64,000 nucleotides of DNA from an uncultured Verrucomicrobiae bacterium (GCA_963707025.1 CAVPOM010000018.1:64001-128000), one strand, 5' to 3'; numbered from the stretch's first letter, positions 9,672-20,576 are shown. A program made the numbers and translations. The notes: generated from the letters alone by a model not told the origin.

Positions 9672-11090
9672 ATGAAGACCACGACCCCCAAGACCCGCAT
9701 CACCCGCCGGCGATTTCTGCGCGGCGCGGCGCTTTCCACGGCCGCCTTCACCTTTGTGCCCGGCGCTTTCCCCGGCCTGGGCGGGGCTGCGGCCCCTGGG
9801 GAGAAGCTCAACCTGGCCGGCATCGGCATCGGCGGCCAGGGGGCCGTGGATCTCGACCTGCTGAAGAGCGAGAACATCGTGGCGTTGTGCGATGTTGACC
9901 GGGACTACGCGGCCAAGACGTTCAAACAATACCCGGACGCGCGTCAATTCACCGACTATCGGCAAATGCTCGATCAAGTCAAAGAGATTGACGGGGTGGT
10001 CATCGCCACGCCCGACCATCACCACGCTTTCGCCGCGATGGAAGCCATCCGGCGCGGCAAGCATGTCTATTGTGAGAAGCCGCTGACCCACTCGGTGTTT
10101 GAAGCGCGCCATCTGGCCGAGGCGGCCCGGGCGGCCAAAGTAGCCACGCAGATGGGCAATGGCGGCCAGGCTTCCAAGGAGACGCGTCGTCTTTGCGAGT
10201 ACGTGTGGGCGAGCGCCATCGGCGACGTGCGGGAAGTTCACATCTGGACCGATCGCCCTTCCAATGGGCTGTTCGCCGAGTACCGGCCCCAAGGGGTGGC
10301 TCGCCCCCAGGACGCGCCGCCGGTGCCCGCCACGCTGGACTGGGATCTGTGGCTCGGGCCGGCGCTGGCGCGCCCCTTCCATCCAGCCTATCTGCCGTTC
10401 AAATGGCGCGGCTGGTGGGATTTTGGCACCGGGGCCTTGGGGGATATTGGCTGCCATACGATGGACTCGGTGTTCCGCGCGCTCAAACTCGGCGCGCCGC
10501 TCACCGTGCAAGCTTCCTCCACGCGCGTCAACGAAGAGACTTTCCCGCTCAGCTCGATTGTCACCTACCAATTCCCGGCCCGCTCCGCCGAGCCTCAAGC
10601 CATCAACTGCCACGTCGCCGGACTGAGCGGCGCGGCCGCCGGCGCGGTCGCCATGCCGGCCTGCAAGCTGGTTTGGTATGATGGCGGCCTGCGCCCGGCG
10701 CGGCCGGAGGGCCTGCCCGACGGCAAACAGATGGGCGCCAACGGACGCCTGCTCGTCGGCGACAAGGGGTTTATCTTGAACAACTCGGTTTATCCCGAGG
10801 CCTGCGCCAAGGCCGTCGCCAATTTGCCGGAGTCCATTCCCCCTTCGCCAGGGCACCATCGCGAATGGGTCGAGGCCTGCAAAGGCGGCAAACCGGCCGG
10901 CTCCAACTTCGATTGGGCGGGGCCGCTGGCCGAGTCTGTGCTGGCCGGCAACGTCGCCTTGCGCGTGCAACTTCGCGAAGAGCTGACCTTGCGCAGGTTG
11001 AATTGGGATTCCGCCGCGCTGCGCTTCACCAACCTCGATGACGCCAACAAGTTCGTCCGCCGGGAGTACCGCCCCGGCTGGACCTTGTAA
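9672..11090 (+). CDS. Gfo/Idh/MocA family oxidoreductase, Tat-exported
   Basis: TRRRFL, GIGIGGQG, ATPDHHH, CEKP and GDIGCH. Confidence 0.93.
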   Translation: MKTTTPKTRITRRRFLRGAALSTAAFTFVPGAFPGLGGAAAPGEKLNLAGIGIGGQGAVDLDLLKSENIVALCDVDRDYAAKTFKQYPDARQFTDYRQMLDQVKEIDGVVIATPDHHHAFAAMEAIRRGKHVYCEKPLTHSVFEARHLAEAARAAKVATQMGNGGQASKETRRLCEYVWASAIGDVREVHIWTDRPSNGLFAEYRPQGVARPQDAPPVPATLDWDLWLGPALARPFHPAYLPFKWRGWWDFGTGALGDIGCHTMDSVFRALKLGAPLTVQASSTRVNEETFPLSSIVTYQFPARSAEPQAINCHVAGLSGAAAGAVAMPACKLVWYDGGLRPARPEGLPDGKQMGANGRLLVGDKGFILNNSVYPEACAKAVANLPESIPPSPGHHREWVEACKGGKPAGSNFDWAGPLAESVLAGNVALRVQLREELTLRRLNWDSAALRFTNLDDANKFVRREYRPGWTL

Positions 11091-11189
11091 AACGCCCGGT
11101 TGCTGGTCACCGGAGCAGACAGCAGGTTGATCGGTAACACAGCCGCTTTTGGAGAGCGGAGGCACCCTAAGTCTGACTTCCCATCTCAC

Positions 11190-11219
11190 AGGCGGCTGGC
11201 TCTCCCCAGCCGCCTTTTT
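11190..11219 (+). terminator. Intrinsic terminator-like hairpin
   Basis: AGGCGGCTGG-loop-CCAGCCGCCT followed by a T run, between convergent genes. Confidence 0.6.
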
Positions 11220-11226
11220 GTCCCAT

Positions 11227-12063
11227 TCAACGCGCACTGCTCATGGCACGGTTTTCGATTGTTCCCGCAACCGGCGAATTTTTACGCAGTCCCCGCCGGG
11301 CCAGCAAAACCATGGTCACAACCAAAACGACATTGACCCATCCCGTAAAGAACATCCATCTTCCCAAATCCAACATTGTAAAATATTGGTCTGCAAGGAA
11401 CGCCCCAAGAGCGGGTAGAATTGTTAGAATGAAGACCAACACGACCAAACTCAGTGTGGTGCGGATTGGCTTGGTGCGTACAAGGATCTCAAAGCCCGCA
11501 ACAACAAATGCAGCGAAACCGCGCCAACGACCCGTGGTCAAACGCCAAATTACGAGCAAAGCCAATACCATGACCAATAAAAACACCATCGCATAACCAC
11601 CCATCCAATCAAAAAGCGAATAGTGCAGTGGCAGCAATTGCGATGACAGCATGGGCCTTGGAGTGGATGGAACCGCATAACCACACAGGCAATCAAAAAG
11701 CGTATAGCGGCGCGGCGCGGACACTGGGAAAATCCACCCGAAAAAGTCAGCCCATGAACGGATTCCCCGCATGAGGAACAGGCCTGCGACGGCACAAAAT
11801 AAAAATCCCGGCAACGACAAATTCAGGGCCGGGTTCACCTTGGCAAATTCCTGTTCCAGCGCACGGCGCTCTCCAAGCCGCCGCGTGGCGATTTGAAACG
11901 CCGCCTCCTCCGAAAGCCCAGTGGCCTTCAGTCTCTGGACAGAGGCGCGCAAGTGCGAAGCCAGTTCCTCCAGATTATCTGCGCCAAAAGAGGGTGAGGC
12001 GCTGAACTTTTGCTGCCAGCGACGAATCGCTTCGTTTAAGTCAAACGGGGTTTGGTTTTCCAT
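11227..12063 (-). CDS. Permease-prefix-domain membrane protein
   Basis: MENQTPFDLN..W..EELASHL...GLSEEAAF..A..RLG, then several TM segments; overlaps the PadR gene. Confidence 0.8.
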   Translation of the reverse strand: MENQTPFDLNEAIRRWQQKFSASPSFGADNLEELASHLRASVQRLKATGLSEEAAFQIATRRLGERRALEQEFAKVNPALNLSLPGFLFCAVAGLFLMRGIRSWADFFGWIFPVSAPRRYTLFDCLCGYAVPSTPRPMLSSQLLPLHYSLFDWMGGYAMVFLLVMVLALLVIWRLTTGRWRGFAAFVVAGFEILVRTKPIRTTLSLVVLVFILTILPALGAFLADQYFTMLDLGRWMFFTGWVNVVLVVTMVLLARRGLRKNSPVAGTIENRAMSSAR

Positions 12064-12374
12064 AATTTTGTGAGCAGATTGTGGACGGTCATCCATTGTT
12101 CTTTTTCCGTGTGCAGTGCCTTTTGGCCCTTCTGCCGCAGGCGGTAATACTTGCGCCGATGCCCGCTTTCCGCCTCGCGCCATTCCGATTCGATCAAATC
12201 CTCCTTCTCCATCCAATGCAACACCGGGTAAAGCATGCCCTCACTCCATTGCACCTCGCCCCCGGATAATTCGGTCACACGCTGGATGAGCGCGTAACCG
12301 TAATTCTCCCCCTCGCCCAAGATCGAAAGCACCAGGGTGGTGGTGGAGGCGGCGACCAGTTCTTTTGAAAGCAT
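12036..12374 (-). CDS. PadR family transcriptional regulator
   Basis: YGYALIQ, EGMLYPVLH and RRKYY.L..KG. Confidence 0.93.
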   Translation of the reverse strand: MLSKELVAASTTTLVLSILGEGENYGYALIQRVTELSGGEVQWSEGMLYPVLHWMEKEDLIESEWREAESGHRRKYYRLRQKGQKALHTEKEQWMTVHNLLTKLWKTKPRLT

Positions 12375-12962
12375 GATGGCAAGTTACATAACATTGTTAG
12401 GCATGTCAAGGGTCAATCGTAAAAAATCGGTAGTCGCCAACCCGCTCCGTCCACACTCGTTATTTGTGAACAAAAAGGCCCGGTCCATGGTCAACCGCCT
12501 GATTTGCATTCCGTTCTCGCCGCCGCTCACAATTTGCAGCAACTTACCAACTCCCACCCCCTCCAGTTGCGAAAGTCCGGTGGGGTTGGCCAATCACAAC
12601 AGGATTGAATCTTGCAGGCCAGGGTTGCGAGGAAGGATCTGCACTGGGTCTGACCTCCACCACTCCATCACTCCACCCGTCCCCGCCTTCACTTTTCTTC
12701 CCAAACGGGGCTTGACAAAAATTAGAACCTATGGTTGAATTGCCAGCGTGAGACACGTAGGCACCAGTCCAAGGCCGCATCCGGCAGGATGTCCCCACCG
12801 CAGGCGCGGCGGGCGCGGAGATTTACCCGGCCGGTTAATCGTCCCCTTTTTTTTGCGCACCGCGCCAAAACGGAGGACGATTCCGCGGCATCCGGGAACT
12901 TATGCGGAAAAGCAATGGAAATGCCTTTCCCTGAATCACTTGCGCGCAAGAAGGAGCTTTTC

Positions 12963-13242
12963 CAGCCAAGGTCAGTCAAGGCCAATCAAGCCTAATCAAG
13001 GTGTTTTTGATGCTCTCCGCGCCAACTGCGCGCCAGGGCCATTTCTTCGATTTGCAGCAGTGCCGCAACGCCGGCAGACGCCAAAAAGCGAGGCGGCCAA
13101 TTTCAGTTATTTTCATTTAATTTCACTTCTTTTCACTTGTTTTCACTTCGCGGCCCCCCCCGGGAGGGCCGGAACTCTCCCTGTTCGTCCGCCCGGTCAA
13201 ACCCGGTCAAACCCAGTCAAACCACAAAAACCAGGTTTGACC
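12963..13242 (+). repeat. Three separate 10-bp-period tandem arrays
   Basis: 12963-13002 (CA.TCAAG..)x4; 13101-13148 (TTTCA.TT..)x5; 13192-13223 (CCC.GTCAAA)x3, plus inverted GGTTTGACC at 13234-13242. Confidence 0.8.
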
Positions 13243-13310
13243 ACGTTTGCCCCTGACTCCGAAAGTGAGCCGGCTGGAAGAAGTCTGCTCCCGCAGAAAG
13301 GCCCGGCCCG

Positions 13311-14171
13311 GTGACCATCCTCGCCGTCATTCAGCGCAGCACGGATTTTCTGGCCAAAAAGGGGGTCTCCTCGCCGCGGCTGCAGGTGGAACATCTCCTG
13401 GCGCACGCGCTGCAAATGCCGCGCATGAAGCTTTACTTGAATTTTGAACGCGAACTGACGCCGGCACAATTGGAGGCCGTGCGCGCGCTGGTGCAGCGCC
13501 GCGGCCGGCGCGAACCGCTCCAGTATATAACCGGCTCGGCGGCGTTTTGCACTCTGGAGCTGGGCGTCAATCGCCATGTGCTGGCGCCTCGCCCGGAAAC
13601 GGAACTGCTGGCGGAACGGGCCTGGAAATTTCTCCAGGAATCCTCCGCCCGCCATGCCGCGCCGGCCGGGCTGGACCTGGGCACGGGCAGCGGTTGCCTG
13701 GCCATTGCCATCGCTGTCAATGTCCCGGCGGCGGCCATGCATGCCACCGATGCCTGCGCCCAAGCCCTGGCCGTGGCCCGCGAAAACGCCGCGCGGCATC
13801 AGGCCCGCATCCAGTTTCATCAAGGCGATCTTTTCGCCGCGCTCCCGCCCTCGTCCCGTTTCCTTCTGATCGTCTCCAATCCGCCCTACATCCCGACGGA
13901 GCGGCTGGCCACTCTGGAGCCGGAAGTGCGCGACCACGAGCCGCGCCAGGCGCTGGACGGGGGAGCGGACGGGTTGGATTTTTACCGGCGCATCGCGGCG
14001 CAAGCGGGCGCTTTCCTGGAGGCGGACGGACGCCTCATGCTGGAGTTGGACGAGGACGGCCCCGCGGCGGCGTCGGAAATTTTCCGGCAACAGAACTGGG
14101 TTGTCGAAGCCATTGAATCGGATTACAATCAGCGACCGAGAATTTTGATCGCGCGCCACCCAACTGTTTGA
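13311..14171 (+). CDS. prmC: Release factor glutamine methyltransferase
   Basis: REPLQYITG, PRPETE, DLGTGSG, SNPPY and ALDGG.DGL. Confidence 0.95.
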   Translation: MTILAVIQRSTDFLAKKGVSSPRLQVEHLLAHALQMPRMKLYLNFERELTPAQLEAVRALVQRRGRREPLQYITGSAAFCTLELGVNRHVLAPRPETELLAERAWKFLQESSARHAAPAGLDLGTGSGCLAIAIAVNVPAAAMHATDACAQALAVARENAARHQARIQFHQGDLFAALPPSSRFLLIVSNPPYIPTERLATLEPEVRDHEPRQALDGGADGLDFYRRIAAQAGAFLEADGRLMLELDEDGPAAASEIFRQQNWVVEAIESDYNQRPRILIARHPTV

Positions 14172-14201
14172 GGGCGCGCCCGGCCCAGGCCGGTTTTTAT
14201 T

Positions 14202-15464
14202 ATGGACAGCTTTGTCATCAAAGGCGGCCAGCCCTTGCGCGGTGAAGTCGCCATCAGCGGGGCGAAAAACGCGGTGCTGCCCATCATGGCGGCGACCTTG
14301 CTCACCGGCGAGCGGTGCGTCATCCGGCGCGTCCCGCAATTGAGCGACGTGGAGTTCATGGGGGAAATCCTCACCTCGCTGGGGGCGGAAGTGAAATGGC
14401 AAGGCAGCACCCTGAGCGTGCGGGCGGCCCGGGTCAAGGGCCTGGGCGATTATGATTTGATCCGCAAGATGCGCGGCTCGGTTTGCATCCTCGGTCCGCT
14501 GCTGGGGCGGCGCGGCCAGGCGGTCGTCTCCCTGCCGGGCGGATGCGTCATCGGAGCGCGCCCCATTGATCTGCATCTCAAGGGCCTGGAGGCGCTGGGG
14601 GCGAAAATCAGGATTGACGGCGGCTATATCCACGCCCGCGCCCAGCGCTTGAAGGGCGCCGATTTGTTCCTGGGCGGCCGCTGCGGCCCGACCGTCCTGG
14701 GCACGGCCAACGTCCTGATGGCGGCGGTCCTGGCCGACGGGGTGACCCTGATCGAAAGCGCCGCCTGCGAACCGGAGGTGGTGGACCTGGCCAATTTCCT
14801 CAACGCCATGGGCGCCAAAGTGGCGGGCGCGGGCAGCCCCACCCTCACCATCACCGGCGTGAAAAGTTTGCACGGCGCCGATCACGAAGTCATTCCCGAC
14901 CGCATCGAAGCGGCCACCTTTGCCGTGGCCGCCGCCGCCAGCCGCGGGGAAGTCACCCTCCAGGGCGCGCGCGCCGATCACATGCATGCCGTGCTGGACA
15001 AGTTGCGCCAGGCCGGCGTCAAGGTGGAGCGCAGCGGGCCGGCCTTGCGCATTTCGCGCCGGGGGCGGCTCAAGCCGGTGGACATCACGACCCTGCCCTA
15101 CGCCGGTTTCCCGACGGACGTGCAGGCGCAAATGATGGTGCTGATGACCTTGACTCCCGGCATCAGCATCATTACCGAGCGCATCTTTGAGTCCCGCTTC
15201 ATGCATGTCAGCGAACTGGCGCGCCTGGGGGCGGACATCGCCATCGAAGGCCCCAGCGCCATCGTCAAAGGGGGCAAGCCCCTGAGCGGGGCCCCGGTCA
15301 TGGCCAGCGATTTGCGCGCCTCGGCGGCCCTGATCATCGCGGGCCTGGCCGCGCGCGGCACGACCCAGGTCAACCGGGTCTATCATATTGACCGGGGTTA
15401 CGAAAAAATAGACGACAAACTGCGCCGGCTCGGAGCGCGCATTGAAAGATTGGAAGGAGCATGA
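14202..15464 (+). CDS. murA: UDP-N-acetylglucosamine 1-carboxyvinyltransferase
   Basis: SGAKNA, LPGGCVIGARP, PDRIEA, FPTD and DRGYE. Confidence 0.97.
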   Translation: MDSFVIKGGQPLRGEVAISGAKNAVLPIMAATLLTGERCVIRRVPQLSDVEFMGEILTSLGAEVKWQGSTLSVRAARVKGLGDYDLIRKMRGSVCILGPLLGRRGQAVVSLPGGCVIGARPIDLHLKGLEALGAKIRIDGGYIHARAQRLKGADLFLGGRCGPTVLGTANVLMAAVLADGVTLIESAACEPEVVDLANFLNAMGAKVAGAGSPTLTITGVKSLHGADHEVIPDRIEAATFAVAAAASRGEVTLQGARADHMHAVLDKLRQAGVKVERSGPALRISRRGRLKPVDITTLPYAGFPTDVQAQMMVLMTLTPGISIITERIFESRFMHVSELARLGADIAIEGPSAIVKGGKPLSGAPVMASDLRASAALIIAGLAARGTTQVNRVYHIDRGYEKIDDKLRRLGARIERLEGA

Positions 15465-15865
15465 AATTCCTCATCGGTTTAGTCATCGTGGTCGGCCTGA
15501 GTCTGGGCGCCTGGCAAATCCTCCAGTTCTGGAACAAAGCCCAGGAGCCGCCCCGGGCCGCCGTCGCGCCCGGCCCTGAGACGGTGTCCAACGGCGAGCA
15601 ATTGCCCGGCCTGCCGCCCAAGTTGCAGCCGGTCCTGGAAGCGGCCCAGCAGCGCGGCGCGGCGGGCTTGCGCGATTTCCTGGCGGGCCATGGCAAGAAC
15701 GTGGCCGACCCCCGCCTGGCTTGGATTGAGCTGGATTATGTGCTGGTGGTGGCGCAGAGCGACCCGGCCGAAGCGCGCAAAGTTTTCGCCCAAGTCAAAG
15801 CGCGCCTCCAGCCCGACTCCCCCGTCTATGGCCGGATGAAACAACTGGAAAAAACCTACGAATGA
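15461..15865 (+). CDS. Membrane-anchored hypothetical protein
   Basis: ATGA overlap with murA, GGAG RBS and an N-terminal TM helix. Confidence 0.75.
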   Translation: MKFLIGLVIVVGLSLGAWQILQFWNKAQEPPRAAVAPGPETVSNGEQLPGLPPKLQPVLEAAQQRGAAGLRDFLAGHGKNVADPRLAWIELDYVLVVAQSDPAEARKVFAQVKARLQPDSPVYGRMKQLEKTYE

Positions 15866-15872
15866 CTTTCCC

Positions 15873-15941
15873 TGTAGCGGCGGTCTGTGACCGCCGGATA
15901 ATCAACTGCCTTTCGCGGGCTGTCATGGACCGCCGCGGCCA
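15873..15941 (+). repeat. GTAG-type REP-like doublet, family A
   Basis: TGTAGCGGCGGTCTGTGACCGCCG plus a degenerate inverted partner, between convergent genes. Confidence 0.75.
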
Positions 15942-15960
15942 GGACCAGCCTCGCGCGATT

Positions 15961-17094
15961 TCAGTCCCCCAGGCTCGTGCCGACCAGCCGGGCGCTGGTA
16001 ATCCAAGGATGATCCAGCGGCACCGTTTTTCGTTTGCCGGCCACTTTTTCCAGCGGCACCGGCTCGGTTTTGTCGCCGCGCGCCGCCACCATCACTCCAT
16101 AGACTCCTTCGCTGATCAAGTCGGCGCAGGCGGTGCCCAGGCGGGTGGCGAGCAAACGATCCACCGCGGAAGGGGAGCCGCCGCGCTGGACGTAACCGAG
16201 GATGGTGACGCGCGATTCCAAGCCGGTCAATTCCTCCAGTTGTTTGGCCAGGCGCAAGGTGTTGCCGGCGTGGCGGGTCTGAAATTCCTGGAGGGTGCTT
16301 TTGGCTTTTCTCCGTTCCAGTTTGGTGCGGGCCTCCTGTTTGCTCTCGTCGGCCGCCCGGAAATGGGCGGCATCGCGCAGGGACATGGCCCCTTCGGCCA
16401 CCGCCACCACGCTGAAATGTTTGCCCGCCCGGCTGCGCTGGCGGATGGCTTCGGCCACTTTCTCCACGTCGTAAGGAATTTCCGGCAGCAAAATCACATC
16501 CGCCCCGCCCGCAATCCCCGCCCCCAGCGCCAGCCATCCGGCCCGGTGCCCCATGATCTCGACCACCACGATGCGGTAATGGCTGTGGGCGGTGCTGTGC
16601 AAACGGTCAATCGCCTCGGTGGCGATGCCCAGCGCGGTGTGATAGCCGAAACTGAAGTCCGTCATGGCCACGTCGTTGTCAATCGTTTTGGGCAGGGTGA
16701 TGACGTTGAGGCCCTTTTCCTTGAGATAAAGCGCGTTCTTTTGCGTGCCGCCGCCGCCGATGCAAACCAGGGCGTCCAGATGATGCTTCTGGTAGTTGGC
16801 GATGATGGATTCGGAGACGTTTATTTCCTTTCCCCCGACCAGCATGCGGCGCGGTTTGTCCCGGCTGGTGCCCAGAATGGTGCCGCCCACGGTGAGAATG
16901 CCGGAAAGATTTTCCAGGCCCAGCGGGGCGGTGCGGTTCTCCATCAGCCCGCGAAAGCCGTCGCGAAAGCCGATGACCTGCATGCCGAAAATACCCTGCG
17001 CCGCCTTGCCCACGCCACGGATGGCGGCGTTGAGCCCGGGGCAATCGCCCCCCGAGGTCAGGATGCCGATGTATTTGGTCGCGCCGCGGGTCAT
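15961..17094 (-). CDS. pfkA: 6-phosphofructokinase (mixed-substrate group III type)
   Basis: [36 protein letters not shown] and LGYVQRGG. Confidence 0.92.
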   Translation of the reverse strand: MTRGATKYIGILTSGGDCPGLNAAIRGVGKAAQGIFGMQVIGFRDGFRGLMENRTAPLGLENLSGILTVGGTILGTSRDKPRRMLVGGKEINVSESIIANYQKHHLDALVCIGGGGTQKNALYLKEKGLNVITLPKTIDNDVAMTDFSFGYHTALGIATEAIDRLHSTAHSHYRIVVVEIMGHRAGWLALGAGIAGGADVILLPEIPYDVEKVAEAIRQRSRAGKHFSVVAVAEGAMSLRDAAHFRAADESKQEARTKLERRKAKSTLQEFQTRHAGNTLRLAKQLEELTGLESRVTILGYVQRGGSPSAVDRLLATRLGTACADLISEGVYGVMVAARGDKTEPVPLEKVAGKRKTVPLDHPWITSARLVGTSLGD

Positions 17095-17966
17095 TTGTTG
17101 GAGGGGCGGCGGCACAGCCAGCCTTCGAGACGGCGCGCGAAAGCCCCGGGTTTTTCGTCGAAGATTTTTTTCCCCAACCGGAAGGCGAATTTTTGCAGGC
17201 GGGCGCGTTTGGCTAAAATTCGACTTGACAGTCGGCGGTAATCCCGGGCCGGATGGGCGGTGTGCTCCTGGCGCAGGGCTTGCAGAACCAGGAACAAATC
17301 GTGGTCATCGCCCAGCGCCTGGCATAATTGCTCGGTGTGTTGGATCATGGCTCCGGCCTTCCTGGGGCTGAGGCGTTCAATCAAGGCGAAGCCGTGGCCC
17401 AGAGTCTTGGCTTGCTTGCGCCATTCGTGCAAGTGTTCCGGCGTCGGCTTTTGCCGGGCCGCCTTCTGCGCCGCGCGGCCCCGCTTGTAGATGCCCTTGA
17501 GCCCCGCGGCCAGGCGCGCCGGCGTGGCCTTGTCCATCGGCCAGGAAGCGATGGTCTGCCGCGAAGCCGACAGCATCTGGCGCACGGCGCGGCGCAAGGC
17601 CGGAATTTTCCGCATGTAATCGTCCTGCCGCCGCCGCAGGCTCTGCCGGGTTTTTTTGGCGATGGGACCGGTGGCGGCGCGCAGGCGGCGCAGGGTGTGC
17701 AACTGGACGTGGACATCGCGCAAGGGAGCGATCTTGCGGCCCGCCGCGGCCAGCCGCCGGTTTTCCTGGCGGAATAATCTCTTGGGCAGGGCGACGCGCA
17801 AGGAGCGGAGCAGGGAGCGCAGTCTTTTGAGGGATTTGCGCGTATTATGCATGGCCTGGGCGCGGTTGGGGCGGCGCAATTCCGCCAGGGCCAGCGCGAT
17901 TTCCTCCGCGGCAATTCGACCGAGGGCGTCGGAGAGCGCCTCGTTTTTCTCGATGCGGTAGCTCAT
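17091..17966 (-). CDS. CHAD domain protein
   Basis: [23 protein letters not shown] and LGDDHDL. Confidence 0.9.
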   Translation of the reverse strand: MSYRIEKNEALSDALGRIAAEEIALALAELRRPNRAQAMHNTRKSLKRLRSLLRSLRVALPKRLFRQENRRLAAAGRKIAPLRDVHVQLHTLRRLRAATGPIAKKTRQSLRRRQDDYMRKIPALRRAVRQMLSASRQTIASWPMDKATPARLAAGLKGIYKRGRAAQKAARQKPTPEHLHEWRKQAKTLGHGFALIERLSPRKAGAMIQHTEQLCQALGDDHDLFLVLQALRQEHTAHPARDYRRLSSRILAKRARLQKFAFRLGKKIFDEKPGAFARRLEGWLCRRPSNK

Positions 17967-18088
17967 GGAAATGGGAGTCTCGAAAGCGGTATCATATCCC
18001 ATTGTTTAAACCAAGTCACGTTTGGGTTACGTTCGTGTGACAGCGCGGGCGGACTTTTTTGTCCGGTTCCGGCGCCGGGCGGCGTATA

Positions 18089-19526
18089 ATGGATGAAAGC
18101 ATGACGGATGACCGGCAATTGCTCGCGCGCTATGTGGCGGAAGTTTCGGAGGAGGCCTTCGCGGAACTGACGCGTCGCTACATCGGGCTGGTTTATGCCG
18201 CGGCCTTGCGCCAGGTGCGCAATGAACATTTGGCGCAGGACGTGACGCAGGTGGTCTTTGCCAACCTGGCGCGCAAGGCCCGCTCCATCCCCGCAGGAAC
18301 GGTGCTGGCGGGATGGCTGCATCGGGACACCCGCTATACCGCGCTGGACTTCCTCCGCGCCGAGGCGCGGCGGCTCCGGCGCGAACAACAATCCCTTGAA
18401 ATGAACGCACCCAACCCCGATCCCCGGCCCGGCTGGGAGGAGATTCGCCCGCTGCTCGATGAAGCCCTGACCAAACTTGCCCCGGCGGACCGCGACGCGC
18501 TCTTGCTGCGCTATTTCGAGCAGCGGGATTTCGCCGCGGTCGGCGCGGCGCTGGGGGCGAGCGCGGAGGCGGCGCGCAAAAGAGTGGATCGCGCCCTGGC
18601 ACGCCTGCGCGAACAGCTTGTCAAGCGTGGCATCAGCACCACGGCGGCGGCCTTGGGCGGCGCGCTGACGGCCCATGCCGTCGAAACGGTGCCGGCGGGA
18701 TTGCTGGTTTCGCTGGCCGCAGGCTCGGCGGGGGTGGCGGCTTCCGGCGCAGGCAGTTGGATTTCCAACCTTCTGATTATGACCAAAACAAAAATCGCCA
18801 TTGGCGCGGCGCTGCTGGCCGGCATTCTGGCCGCGCCGCTTCTGATTCAACAACAAGCGCTGGCCACCGTCCGCGCGGAACAAACAGAGTTGCAGGCGCG
18901 GCTGCGTGATTTGCCTGCCCAAACCCTTCAGCCGACACGGCCCGTTCCTGGCTCGATTGACATCGCGGCGCGGGACCGCGCCGATCTGGAACGGCTGCGG
19001 CTGGAAGCGCCGGCGTTGCGGGCCAAAATTGCGGAGTTCTCCGCTCAGGCGCAGCAGTTGGCCGCCGCGAAGCCGTGGCATAAGCCAGGTGGCAAGGTGT
19101 TGGGAGGAGTCCTGCGTCCGAGTGACGCACGGGATGCCTGGCGAGGCCACACCTGAAGCGACAATGCAGACCTTCTTGTGGGCCCTCAGGAATAATGAGA
19201 CCAACCGATTCCTCCAGCTCATAGCCATTGGTTCCGGGGTGGATGCTCAGCATGACTCGGCGACATTGGAAAAGATTACGAAACTATTCACCGACGAGAA
19301 CAACAGGAGTGCCAAGCCGGCAGAAGGGGAAAACCAAATTGAGATCCACCTCCTGGAAGAGCAGCCGGGGCCAAACAATGACCAATGGGTTGTCGCGGAC
19401 ACCATGCAAACCAATGGCGTCGTCAACACCGACAGAATTCTCCTTCGCCTGACCGACACGGGCTGGAAATGTGTCTTCGACACCAACGCCGCGGCGGTGG
19501 AGGAACAAATCATGGACCAGCCTTGA
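18089..19526 (+). CDS. ECF sigma factor with long C-terminal extension, +1 frameshift near 19137
   Basis: DRQLLARY..AFAELTRRY..AQDVTQVVF and region 4 LLLRYFE. After a TM and coiled coil, the frame continues as DAGEATPEATMQTFLWA. Confidence 0.85.
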
Positions 19527-19542
19527 ACCTCGCGCCCTCCTT

Positions 19543-19878
19543 ATGAGCAAGAAGTCCGCCTATTTCGTTTTGACTGTGATCGTTGCGCTGGCGGCTTTGT
19601 TCGTGGCGCGCCAGCGGACGCTGAATACTTTGCGTGCGGACAACGATTCATTGCGAAAGCAGGTTGATTTGGAGAAGTCCGCGCGTCTGTCGGCCCTCCC
19701 CGAACCCCCGGCAAATTCCGCGCCGGGATTAAGCGGCGCAGACGAGAAGGAATTGCTGCAATTGCGCTCCAAGATTCTGCCGCTGCGGGAGCAACTGCGC
19801 GACGCCTCCAACCGGCTGGCCATTCTCCAGCGTCCGCGAACGGGCGCTGGTTCCTCCGGCTTGCCGGCTTCCCAGTAG
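19543..19878 (+). CDS. Small TM/coiled-coil hypothetical protein
   Basis: MSKKSAYFVLTVIVALAALFVA..LRADNDSLR..ELLQLRSKILPLREQL; same architecture as the ECF extension. Confidence 0.7.
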   Translation: MSKKSAYFVLTVIVALAALFVARQRTLNTLRADNDSLRKQVDLEKSARLSALPEPPANSAPGLSGADEKELLQLRSKILPLREQLRDASNRLAILQRPRTGAGSSGLPASQ

Positions 19879-20032
19879 GCTCGGCTGGTTCACGAGCAAC
19901 GCGTCAGTCATTGCTGGCAGGGCGAGACTGTGCCACACTTTCTAATAATCTCGAAATCAATCCGGCTCAACCCGGCCGCGCGCTCCAATTAGGCTCGCAC
20001 AAACTTATACCGTTTCTAGTTTGCTTTTGCAC

Positions 20033-20056
20033 TGTAGCGGCGGTCTGCGACCGCCG
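20033..20056 (+). repeat. GTAG-type REP-like palindrome, family A
   Basis: TGTAGCGGCGGTCTGCGACCGCCG, one mismatch to the copy at 15873. Confidence 0.75.
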
Positions 20057-20157
20057 CCAATCGCCTTGGCAATAGTGCAGTTACGAACTGGAAACGGTAT
20101 TAGCCGGCGGCGCGGGTTGTTCAAGCGGAAGGGAGAACGGAAAAATTGAAATGGGGC

Positions 20158-20186
20158 TTGCGCAACCAGGGCGGAGGCGCTAAAGT
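20158..20186 (+). promoter_or_regulatory. Putative sigma70 promoter of tRNA-fMet
   Basis: TTGCGC-17 nt-TAAAGT just upstream of the tRNA. Confidence 0.5.
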
Positions 20187-20204
20187 GGCACGGTCTTGCT
20201 GGAA

Positions 20205-20281
<77 letters not shown>

Positions 20282-20286
20282 ATTTC

Positions 20287-20319
20287 AGGGCCTGAAACAC
20301 CCGTTTCAGGCCCTATTTT
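20287..20319 (+). terminator. Intrinsic terminator after tRNA-fMet
   Basis: 12-bp stem AGGGCCTGAAAC/GTTTCAGGCCCT followed by ATTTT. Confidence 0.75.
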
Positions 20320-20576
20320 GTTGGGTCTTTTCACTATCCCGCTTTTCGGCGAGCCTCCTCGTGGAACCGCGAACCTGGTGAAGAATGGCGCATCGAAACC
20401 AACAAAGGCGCCGCCGAAAACCAACTAGAATGACGCCCGCACCTGCTTCAAAGCCGCTTGGCCAGGACTGTCAACGACACATCGGCAGGTTTGGGGCCTG
20501 ACTGCGCCAAGTAAAGCCGGTTCCACTCCGCCTTCGCGGTTGACATCACCCGCCCGGCGTGGCTCCGTTCAAAGAC

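Noticed and set aside
12963..13242. CRISPR array
   Set aside because: Units are contiguous 10-mers without unique spacers; no cas genes in the window.
12748..13314. 188-aa ORF ending at the prmC start
   Set aside because: Low-information sequence running through the repeat arrays with no recognisable motif; not excluded but unsupported.
20186..20200. Sigma54-like TGGCACGGTCTTGCT before tRNA-fMet
   Set aside because: GG-to-GC spacing is 9, not 10, and it is too close to the tRNA; a sigma70 promoter fits better.
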